From NCBI GenBank assembly GCA_903888615.1, contig CAISUE010000055.1, positions 3,594-67,593 on the forward strand: 64,000 nucleotides of DNA, read 5' to 3'. The notes beneath the pieces were generated by a model. The model ran no database searches. It saw only the letters and a program-made list of their open reading frames with translations, and was not told the DNA's origin. Position 1 is the stretch's first letter. Every line of letters starts with the position of its first letter. Shown piece after piece: positions 27,510-35,828 of the stretch. Source of the stretch: an uncultured Gammaproteobacteria bacterium. Its GTDB lineage: Bacteria; Pseudomonadota; Gammaproteobacteria; CAISUE01. A program made the translations under genes and the position numbers.

Positions 27510-27608
27510 GCGTTACTATTTTTTAGAGGAGTTATTTTTAAAAAAACAGTCAGACTTATCGCTGACGAAAAAAATAAAAACTTACGTTGAGCCAACCATA
27601 ACACGATT

Positions 27609-27641
27609 TTTTAGGGTTTCCTAGATTAAGGAAATGTTAAA
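27609..27641 (-). promoter_or_regulatory. PmrA-box-like tandem repeat upstream of the LRR gene
   Basis: The minus strand reads tTTAACatT-tc-cTTAATctA-ggaaacc-CTAAAA(AAT). The 11-bp period is the same as the box at 5106-5138, but the -10 is poor. Confidence 0.3.
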
Positions 27642-27779
27642 ATTGTGACTTTAGGGAGTACTTAAAAAAATAAAAAAATAACCAAGACTTTTGAAAAAAA
27701 TAGTGACTAATATGTAAAAAAAGCGTTTATCTGTTTGCCAGAATGAACAAATACGCATCGCACTGAAAGGCTTGATGAA

Positions 27780-27940
27780 TATCCGTTGTATCTATTCAGC
27801 ACCACGAGCGGGAAACCCACACGTGGTGCATGTTAAGGGGGAGAATCGCGTTCCCCCTTAACATGCACCATCGCTATTAGTCCCCACTAGCAAGCTTCTC
27901 CGAAAAATGGGCTAAATGTGCTGAATAGATACTATCCGTT
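27780..27940. mobile_element. MITE copy 2: 145-bp element (27788-27932) with TIRs and an 8-bp target-site duplication
   Basis: Perfect 15-bp TIRs: GTATCTATTCAGCAC (27788-27802) and GTGCTGAATAGATAC (27918-27932). They are flanked by the direct repeat TATCCGTT (27780-27787 and 27933-27940). An internal perfect 18-bp hairpin pairs GGTGCATGTTAAGGGGGA (27825-27842) with TCCCCCTTAACATGCACC (27852-27869). Confidence 0.85.
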
Positions 27941-28260
27941 AACGCTAATTGGAAGGGTGTGATACGGGTTAAAACTATAAGGCGTTGTTTGGGGTTAGTT
28001 CTTCTTGTCTCATCAATGGAGTGTAGATTCGATTAGCAGCAGCATTTTGAGAGCTAAGCGCTTTGTATGCGCTATCACAGGCGATGGCTATTATAGCAAT
28101 ACCAGCAGCTACTGCGGCACCTATCAATATATCATTCATTTGACAGGTTTTATTAGGCAGGGCAATCGCATTTGAAATACAAGCCTGCCGTGAATTTAGT
28201 GGATCTAAGGTAGAATAGACATTCCTTAGGGTGAATGTACGACGATTGATGGGGGTTAAT

Positions 28261-29166
28261 GTGAAGTTATTGATAGCAGGTGCTAGTGGTTTCATTGGTC
28301 AGCAATTGGTGCACTATTGGCAACAAAAACATACTATTAGCGTTTTAGGGCGAGATACAAAAAAATTAGCCCGTTTATTTCCAGGCAATAAAGCGATCAC
28401 GTGGGCTGAACTTCCCGCATTAAATCCGATGGATTTTGATGTGGTGGTTAATTTGGCAGGAGAAACGATCAATCATTTTTTTTGGACTGAAGCGGTTAAA
28501 CAGAAAATCTTACAAAGTCGTATGCAAGCCACCCAAGCTTTGGTTGCTTTTTGTTGCAAAAAACCAAATCCCCAATTGCATTTTTTGAATGCCAGTGCAT
28601 TGAGTATTTATGGGCTTTATACTGCTGCGTTGCCAATCACTAACGCAGAAAAAACTTGCATCACACAGCATGCAGAATTTTTATATCAGGTAGCTTCCGT
28701 CTGGGAACGCGAAGTGGAAAAATTAACCACCTGCCAAATTTCTTTCACAATTATGCGCTTTGCAGTGGTATTGGCTAAAGAGGGTGGGGCATTACCGAAA
28801 CTTTTGTTGCCTGCCAAATTGGCTTTAGCAGCACGATTGGGTAATGGCCAACAACCTTTTGCGTGGATTGCTCTTGAAGATTTACTGAATGCTATCGATT
28901 GGCTGGTTACTAAAAAAATGTTTGGGGCAGTGAATATGGTGGCGCCCACGTTGCCAACACAAGATGCATTTTCAAAGTGTTTAAGTGAACATTACCACAA
29001 GCCTTATTTTTTACGCCTGCCTGCATCGCTCGTCCGTTTATTATCGAAACAAATGGCGACAGAAATACTGTTAAAAGGCCAAGATGCTAAACCGCAAGCC
29101 TTACTTGAATCAGGATTTTGTTTTCAATTTAACACGATAGCGGAGTATCTAAAGCATTTGTCGTAA
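28261..29166 (+). CDS. YfcH-like epimerase-family protein (SDR fold with DUF1731 C-terminus)
   Basis: VKLLIAGASGFIGQQL Rossmann motif. Collinear by eye with E. coli YfcH (...VVNLAGETI..., ...RFAVVLAKEGGALPKLL..., ...QPFAWIALEDL...). Alternative starts are ATG 28249 and the track start at 28231. Confidence 0.8.
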   Translation: MKLLIAGASGFIGQQLVHYWQQKHTISVLGRDTKKLARLFPGNKAITWAELPALNPMDFDVVVNLAGETINHFFWTEAVKQKILQSRMQATQALVAFCCKKPNPQLHFLNASALSIYGLYTAALPITNAEKTCITQHAEFLYQVASVWEREVEKLTTCQISFTIMRFAVVLAKEGGALPKLLLPAKLALAARLGNGQQPFAWIALEDLLNAIDWLVTKKMFGAVNMVAPTLPTQDAFSKCLSEHYHKPYFLRLPASLVRLLSKQMATEILLKGQDAKPQALLESGFCFQFNTIAEYLKHLS

Positions 29167-29253
29167 GTGTATGACAGAGGCAAAAATAAAAAGTAATAAT
29201 ACTTTCCTATGCGCTAATTCAGTTATTCTGAGCGATTTCAAGTTCCGAGTTTT

Positions 29254-29862
29254 TTAATTTTGAGGACGATAAATTCTTTTAAAATAAGGCAATTGAGATT
29301 CCACTTGAAAAAAATCAATGAGATGTTCTTTGGTTTTAAAATCTATAACGCCATAGGGTAAATATTTTAAGCGTTGTTTTTGCCAAGTCATATGCTCCCC
29401 AGAATAATCAATTTCATGCCACTCTCTGCCGATAATGTGAGATGTATTTTCATCAAAGGCGTGAATGTTTTGAAATTGGTCCTTCTCAGTTAATTGCTTT
29501 AAATAAGCTGCCATTTTTTCCGCTTCTGCTAACGGGACGCCTCTTTGATAAACGGCCATTAAAAGTTCTAGCGTTGTTTTAGGTAGAGTCATCTGCAATT
29601 CTTTTAACTGTGGCGTTGGTGTATTAAGATGGTTTAAATAAGTAACAAAAGCTTTAACGTGATCCTGGCTAAGTTTTCTTTTGGGTTTATTTTGAGTGGC
29701 GCGGGCTATCAGTATAGGCTGTAGTTTTGACCACGCAATAGGCACAGTAATATTCGGCGTGGAAATATACGTTTTTTGCGTGATAAATACAGCGATAAGT
29801 ATTAAAAGAAGAATGAGGATTTTTTGACCATTTTTTACACGATAATTCATAGCATTATTCAC
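29254..29862 (-). CDS. Hypothetical protein with an N-terminal TM/signal anchor
   Basis: 202 aa. It has the hydrophobic segment KILILLLILIAVFIT and no recognisable domain. It starts at GTG 29862 or ATG 29850. Confidence 0.5.
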   Translation of the reverse strand: MNNAMNYRVKNGQKILILLLILIAVFITQKTYISTPNITVPIAWSKLQPILIARATQNKPKRKLSQDHVKAFVTYLNHLNTPTPQLKELQMTLPKTTLELLMAVYQRGVPLAEAEKMAAYLKQLTEKDQFQNIHAFDENTSHIIGREWHEIDYSGEHMTWQKQRLKYLPYGVIDFKTKEHLIDFFQVESQLPYFKRIYRPQN

Positions 29863-29931
29863 GTTAAAACAGGCACAGTTTATACTTTTTAAAATATTAA
29901 TACCAGCTATGGATGGTATTGCAATTATTAA

Positions 29932-31680
29932 TTAATAAGAATTATTTGGTTTGATTGGATTATTTAAATGGTGTTCAGCATGGATAGGTAGGCTTGATGT
30001 CGTCAATCCTGTGGCATTAATGGCATTAAAATTTTGGCCAGGGGGGGGCAAATTGCCTTCAGTAGAATCAACTTTTGTATCGTTCGTAGTATTATTAGTT
30101 ACTGCTGCTAAACATTTATTTTCTTCCTCTGGGATTGTCGCCTTTTTAATGAGTATTTTACCCTCTGTTACAAATAATTCATGGTATTTTAACACAGCGC
30201 GCCAAATGGCTTCAGCATTACTGTGTTTGCGATGCAAAGCGCTAAAAATAGCTATGCGTATGTCAGGCTTGCTTGCTAAAAATTCTTTTAAATCCGTTAA
30301 ATTTTTGACTTCATCAAAGGATATTGGCACTGTTATCAAGGTGTCTTTTTCTGATGGTAGTTTAATGAATGCATCTTCTTTAATTGATTTCAGTAAACAG
30401 TTAAAAAAAGCTTTTTTATAGGTATTTTTTTCTTTAGCAATGGGTTTAAAAAAATTAAAATAATAGTTAGTTTTTAGTGTTTCAATTTCTGACTTATCTT
30501 CTGTGCTTTTAGCCGTTAAAATGGCTTGTAAAAATAATCGTGCTGCTTCTTTTTGATCCTTAGTAGGTGCTGTATGTTCTTTTGGTGTTCCATTATTAGG
30601 TTGATAAAAATGACAATTACGAATAATATTCAATTCTTCGATTATGCCACCGCCATGATAAAAGCGTTTTTCAGTGGCTGTTTCAAAATGAAGGGGTGAT
30701 TTTTCCTCAGCAATGCACTTTCCATAACGTTTTTTTTTATCGGATATAGATTCCTCACTTAATTCTTCTAGTCTTTTATTAACGTCTTTAAAAATATACC
30801 GCAAAGGGTGCCAGGTTCTGATTTGGGGGATTTCACGACAGGTTGAATAAAGCAGGGCACCAATACTTATAATGGCTAAACTGATGGCTATGGGCGAGGT
30901 GATAGCGAGGGCGGCCATTTGTTTGGATAATACTAAAGCTGCCACTATTGTGACGGCTAAAGTACCCATCGTTTGAATCGTTCTTTTAAAGGCTTGATTG
31001 AGAAAGCGGTCGTTACGATCAAAAGGATTGCTGGCGGTCAAAAATAACGCCACATTAGTGATGGCTAAAACAGCATGATAGAGGGCTGTCAGCGCACCGG
31101 TTACAAAAACAATCGTTGGTAACAGCTGAATAAAAGCGGTCAGGGCAATGATGCTGCCGATCATTAACACGGTTAAGCCTATTAAGCCAAGGCTGGCAAA
31201 TAGTATCGTTCGCGCTAGTTTAAAGAATTTATTGTTATTGGCATTGTGGGTGTTGTGGTATTCATACCAATTAAAGAGCAAGCTAATGGCAGATTGAAAT
31301 AACAACGCTGCAAAAGCAATGAATAGATTGGTTTGTAAACTAATGCTTTCAAGGAATAAGTTGATGGCTAAAGCAAGTGCTATCGCTGTTCTGCTACCGT
31401 TAAGAACCCCCACCATGAGGTCAGAAGCCGCTTCAAAATGATCATTTTGAAAGACTTCATCGTCCATTGTTTCGCGATAACCTGAAAAGGTAAAGCTTGA
31501 TGGTACACCTTGATTGCAACTGTAGTGATCACCACTATTGTTATCTGTATAAACTTCGACATAGTTAAAGCCGCGACAATTGGCATAAAATTTATTCCAG
31601 CCAGAGACATGACCCCAGTCCTTTCCTTGACTAAGGCTAGTTTCTTGTAAAGGAAATATCGCACGTAATTGATCATACAT
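29932..31680 (-). CDS. Hypothetical polytopic membrane protein (candidate secreted/vacuolar-membrane effector)
   Basis: 582 aa. A soluble N-terminal region is followed by a cluster of about 6 hydrophobic helices (residues about 95-290). The C-terminal half is soluble, lysine/glutamate-rich and low in GC. No family was recognised. Confidence 0.55.
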   Translation of the reverse strand: MYDQLRAIFPLQETSLSQGKDWGHVSGWNKFYANCRGFNYVEVYTDNNSGDHYSCNQGVPSSFTFSGYRETMDDEVFQNDHFEAASDLMVGVLNGSRTAIALALAINLFLESISLQTNLFIAFAALLFQSAISLLFNWYEYHNTHNANNNKFFKLARTILFASLGLIGLTVLMIGSIIALTAFIQLLPTIVFVTGALTALYHAVLAITNVALFLTASNPFDRNDRFLNQAFKRTIQTMGTLAVTIVAALVLSKQMAALAITSPIAISLAIISIGALLYSTCREIPQIRTWHPLRYIFKDVNKRLEELSEESISDKKKRYGKCIAEEKSPLHFETATEKRFYHGGGIIEELNIIRNCHFYQPNNGTPKEHTAPTKDQKEAARLFLQAILTAKSTEDKSEIETLKTNYYFNFFKPIAKEKNTYKKAFFNCLLKSIKEDAFIKLPSEKDTLITVPISFDEVKNLTDLKEFLASKPDIRIAIFSALHRKHSNAEAIWRAVLKYHELFVTEGKILIKKATIPEEENKCLAAVTNNTTNDTKVDSTEGNLPPPGQNFNAINATGLTTSSLPIHAEHHLNNPIKPNNSY

Positions 31681-32000
31681 AACAGCTATCCTTGTTAAGC
31701 CTTAGCTTTAAGCATACCTACTTTAAAGCCTAGTGTCAGGATAGGCTAAATAAGCTTAACAAAAGCTGAAGGGGATTAATTGCTGCCAATGGAGGTAAAT
31801 GGATGTTGAAATCCATTATTTTGTGTTATAAACATAGATCGGCTATTTTGAATTAATTTGGCATGATACGCGTTAAACGCAGCAATGGATGAGCGCGGGT
31901 CTTTCGTGCCTGGGTGCAACATAGTGAATAAAGTGTTGGGTTTAGCTGAACAGATAGTTTTGGGCAGCTGTAGATATTGATAATGACAAGGGGAGTACAC

Positions 32001-33443
32001 GTGACGACAGTATTAAATAGTACACAGAGCCAGCACAAATTGGGTAAGCCATTTTGGGTGGTGTGGGGTATTGAATTGTGGGAACGCTTTGGGTTTTATG
32101 GGGTACAAGCGATTTTAGCGTTGTATTTTGTGAGTAAGTTAGGTTATACGGAAGCACAAAGTTTTTATGTATTCGGATCCTTTAGTGCTTTTGTCTACGG
32201 TTTTGTGTGGATCGGTGGTTGGATTGGGGATAAATACTTGGGGGCAAAGCGAACACTGGTGCTCGGTGTCATTGTCTTAATGCTGGCGTATATCGGTTTA
32301 GCGTTTGCAACGTATCAAACGATTTTTTATGCGCTAGCCGGCATTGTGGTTGGTAATGCTTTATTTAAAGCCAATCCAAGTTCATTGATTTCAAAAATGT
32401 ATGCCAAGGGGGATGTTAATTTAGATGGTGCAATGACCTTGTATTACATGGCAATCAATGTGGGCGCTATGCTATCCATGGCCCTGACGCCCATTATCGC
32501 ACAGCAGTTTGGTTGGGCTTATGCTTATGGCTTATGCGCTTTAGGTTTATTTTTGGGTCTTGCCAATTATTTTTTCTATCGGCATTTATTGACATCACTG
32601 AATACCGATGTTGAATTATTACCGCTGAATTATCGCCGTTTGGCTTTAGTGATTGCCGGTTCTATCTTATCCGTATTAGTGATAGCGCAATTGTTAGATC
32701 ATACCCATATCTGTAATGTGATTATCTATACGGTCGTGGCGGGCGCTTTTATGTATTTTTTAAAAATTGCCTTTTCTTTGCACGGCGTTGAACGCACCCG
32801 CATGATCGTCGCATTTATTTTAATTGTGCAAGCGATTTTATTCTTTGTGCTGTATAACCAAATGCCGACGTCATTGACGTTTTTTGCGGTTCATAATGTG
32901 GATAATCACTTATGGGGTTGGATGATTCCGCCAGCTGAATACCAAACGTTGAATTCAATCGTAATTGTGGTGATGTCTCCGGTATTGGTTTGGTTGTATC
33001 GGTTATTCCCCTCAACGCATGTCAGTAAATTTTGTATCGGTATGAGTTTGGCCAGTCTCGCTTTTCTCATATTAGCCATTCCTGCGTTTACTTCAACTAC
33101 TGGCCTTGCGTCGCCTTGGTGGATGTTAGCAACGTATTTTTTTCAATCGGTGGGTGAATTGTTTATTTCAGCGCTTGGCTTAGCGATGGTGGCGGAATTG
33201 TGTCCGGCTAATCGCAGTGGTTTTGTCATGGGGATTTGGTTTTTAACCGCGATGTTATCGGGTCCCATCGGTGCATGGGTAGGTGCATTAACGGTTCCTG
33301 AAGGGGGTAATGCTACGGTGAGTGTGTTGGAAAGCATGCACCTTTATGGTCGGGTCTTTTTGGAAATTGGTTTGGTGACCGCTGTATTAGCCACCCTGAT
33401 GTGGCTTGGTCGTCCTTCGTTAAATCGTTTACTCGCCAGATAA
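32001..33443 (+). CDS. Proton-dependent oligopeptide transporter (POT/PTR2 family), copy 1
   Basis: POT signature FWVVWGIELWERFGFYGVQAILALYF. Polytopic. The GTG at 32001 lies 6 nt after AAGGGGA; the track start is 31977. Confidence 0.9.
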   Translation: MTTVLNSTQSQHKLGKPFWVVWGIELWERFGFYGVQAILALYFVSKLGYTEAQSFYVFGSFSAFVYGFVWIGGWIGDKYLGAKRTLVLGVIVLMLAYIGLAFATYQTIFYALAGIVVGNALFKANPSSLISKMYAKGDVNLDGAMTLYYMAINVGAMLSMALTPIIAQQFGWAYAYGLCALGLFLGLANYFFYRHLLTSLNTDVELLPLNYRRLALVIAGSILSVLVIAQLLDHTHICNVIIYTVVAGAFMYFLKIAFSLHGVERTRMIVAFILIVQAILFFVLYNQMPTSLTFFAVHNVDNHLWGWMIPPAEYQTLNSIVIVVMSPVLVWLYRLFPSTHVSKFCIGMSLASLAFLILAIPAFTSTTGLASPWWMLATYFFQSVGELFISALGLAMVAELCPANRSGFVMGIWFLTAMLSGPIGAWVGALTVPEGGNATVSVLESMHLYGRVFLEIGLVTAVLATLMWLGRPSLNRLLAR

Positions 33444-33598
33444 TACGCTTTCGTGCCACACCTGCATTTATTGGAGTGTGGCACCAAAATCGCGACTTAT
33501 TTTTCTTTACGTGTTATTCGCACAGACTTAAGTTTTCATAAAAAACCATTCTGTTATTATTGATCGAACCACCGATTTATAATACAAGGGGCGCTGTT

Positions 33599-35038
33599 AT
33601 GAAAATCCACCATCCAACAGTTAAATCTACGGCTTTTGGCAAAACTTTTTGGGTTATTTGGGGTATTGAATTGTGGGAACGCTTTGGGTATTACGGTGTC
33701 CAAGCGATTTTGGCATTGTATTTCGTCAAACAATTGGGTTATACAGAAACAGAAAGTTTTTATGTCTTTGGTTCTTTCAGTGCCTTTGTTTATGGTTTTG
33801 TGTGGATCGGTGGTTTGATCGGTGATAATTATTTAGGTGCTAAACGCACCATGGTCTTAGGAGTCGTTATTTTAATGCTGTCTTATGCGGCTTTAGCATT
33901 GGCGTCGCACAAGACAGTTTTTTATGCCTTAGCGGGCATTGTGGTCGGCAATGCCTTATTTAAAGCCAATCCCAGTTCATTGATTTCTAAAATGTTTGCT
34001 AAAGGTGATCCGGCATTTGATGGGGCTATGACTTTGTATTACATGGCAGTGAATTTAGGCTCGGTTTTTTCGATGGCACTGACGCCGATTATCGCTCAAA
34101 AATACGGTTGGGGTTATGCTTATGGTTTATGTTCGGTGGGGTTATTTTTCGGCTTATTAAATTATTATTGTTATCGGTCTATATTAGCGTCATTGAATAC
34201 GGCTATTGAATTAAAACCCCTGTGTTTAAAACGCTTAAGCATCGTTATTATAGGAGCAGCGATAGCGATGCTCGCTATCGCGCATTTGCTCTATCATACC
34301 TTTATTTGCAATATTATCGTTTATACCGTGGTTTTAGGGGCTTTTTTGTATTTTTTGAAAATTGCTTTTTCTTTGCCTGGGACAGAGCGATCCAGAATGA
34401 TTGTTGCCTTGATTTTGATTTTACAAGGGGTGATTTTTATGGTGTTGTATAATCAAATGCCCACGTCTATGACTTTTTTTGCCCTGCACAATGTCGATAA
34501 TCACGTTTTGGGCTGGATGATTCCACCGGCTGAATATCAAGTATTGAATCCGCTGATTATCGTTATCATGTCGCCGATTTTAGTGAAACTTTATCGGTTA
34601 TTTCCAGCCACCCATGTGAGTAAATTTTGTATCGGCATGAGTTTGGCCAGTATAGCGTTTTTGGTGTTGGCCATTCCCAGTTTTACCTCATTAACAGGCT
34701 TTGCCTCGCCGATGTGGATGGTGCTGACGTATTTTTTTCAATCGGTGGGAGAATTATTGATTTCAGCGCTTGGTTTAGCGATGGTAGCAGACTTGTGTCC
34801 CGCTGATCGCAGTGGTTTTGTGATGGGAATTTGGTTGTTAACCTCGATGTTATCAGGTCCTATCGGTGCTTGGGTAGGGGCAATGACCGTCCCTGCGTCT
34901 AGTGGCGTTGCGATTAGTGCGCTCGACAGTATGCATCTGTATGGTCAAGTATTTTTAAAGATCGGCATTGTTACTGGGATAGTAGCTTTTTTGATGTGGT
35001 GTGCTCGGCCGTATTTAAATCGCTTATTAAGAAGTTAA
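33599..35038 (+). CDS. Proton-dependent oligopeptide transporter (POT/PTR2 family), copy 2 (tandem paralogue)
   Basis: FWVIWGIELWERFGYYGVQAILALYF. It is collinear with copy 1 over the whole length. The ATG at 33599 follows AAGGGG; the track start is 33560. Confidence 0.9.
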   Translation: MKIHHPTVKSTAFGKTFWVIWGIELWERFGYYGVQAILALYFVKQLGYTETESFYVFGSFSAFVYGFVWIGGLIGDNYLGAKRTMVLGVVILMLSYAALALASHKTVFYALAGIVVGNALFKANPSSLISKMFAKGDPAFDGAMTLYYMAVNLGSVFSMALTPIIAQKYGWGYAYGLCSVGLFFGLLNYYCYRSILASLNTAIELKPLCLKRLSIVIIGAAIAMLAIAHLLYHTFICNIIVYTVVLGAFLYFLKIAFSLPGTERSRMIVALILILQGVIFMVLYNQMPTSMTFFALHNVDNHVLGWMIPPAEYQVLNPLIIVIMSPILVKLYRLFPATHVSKFCIGMSLASIAFLVLAIPSFTSLTGFASPMWMVLTYFFQSVGELLISALGLAMVADLCPADRSGFVMGIWLLTSMLSGPIGAWVGAMTVPASSGVAISALDSMHLYGQVFLKIGIVTGIVAFLMWCARPYLNRLLRS

Positions 35039-35093
35039 CAAGTGACAAGCAAAAGGCGGATTGAACTGGTGGTGTAAGTCTGTCCAGATAATC

Positions 35094-35169
35094 TGGAGCT
35101 GGCGATAGGAATCGAACCCACGACATGCTGATTACAAATCAGCTGCTCTACCAACTGAGCTACGCCAGC
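35094..35169 (-). tRNA. tRNA-Thr (anticodon UGU), CCA encoded
   Basis: The reverse complement is GCTGGCGTAGCTCAGTTGGTAGAGCAGCTGATTTGTAATCAGCATGTCGTGGGTTCGATTCCTATCGCCAGCTCCA. Anticodon loop TTTGTAA. Confidence 0.9.
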
Positions 35170-35487
35170 GTACAGTTCTGCATTCTAACAGATAATACCC
35201 AGGTGTCGTCAAGCGTTATTTTAAGGGTGATTTGTGACAATAGAAATAATTACGTATAATTGCCAACATACACACAGTGTGACTGGTTTTCTGCATAGGT
35301 ATAACCATCATGAGGCACTTTCATGGCTATTGAGCAAGCTGATTTGTTGGACTTAAAGCCATCTGCGAATGTTGAAAAATAGCCAAATCAATTTCTTTAT
35401 ATCATCTCTATTAAGCATTATGGTTCAGATATTGATTGCCAGCGTGTTACATGAATACGCGGTTGGCTATTGCACCGATGTTTCTCC

Positions 35488-35790
35488 ATGACCTATTGGC
35501 TTTATATCCTTCATTGCAATAATGATACCTATTACACAGGCTATACCACGGATTTATTACGCCGCTATCGGGAACATCAAATTGGCAGTGCTAAATGCAA
35601 GTACACGCGAAGTTTTAAACCACGCAGCATGGTGCAATGTTGGCCATTTGACGATAAATCATTGGTATTGCGGTTAGAATGCAAAATTAAAGCTTTGAGT
35701 CGCGCTCATAAAGAGCACTTGATTGCCGAACCTAGCCAATTAATCGTATTAATCCGTGAATTAACAGCAGCACGCCTCTCAAAATGTTAA
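35488..35790 (+). CDS. GIY-YIG nuclease-family protein (UPF0213 / YhbQ-like)
   Basis: YWLYILHCNNDTYYTGYTTDLLRRYREH matches the GIY-(x10)-YTG-...R..EH pattern. About 100 aa from the ATG at 35488. Confidence 0.8.
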   Translation: MTYWLYILHCNNDTYYTGYTTDLLRRYREHQIGSAKCKYTRSFKPRSMVQCWPFDDKSLVLRLECKIKALSRAHKEHLIAEPSQLIVLIRELTAARLSKC

Positions 35791-35828
35791 ACTAACCAAC
35801 CGTTAATAATAATCCATACCGATTCTCT

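Noticed and set aside
27975-28295. The 106-aa minus-strand ORF overlapping the yfcH-like start. It contains a possible 54-aa single-TM peptide beginning MNDILIGAAVAAGIAIIAIA.
   Set aside because: The long form overlaps the better-supported + strand gene. The short form is plausible but unsupported because it is too short to judge.
31776-32157. Three overlapping minus-strand ORFs (61-74 aa) upstream of and overlapping the first POT gene.
   Set aside because: They overlap each other and the POT start region, have no features, and are most likely spurious.
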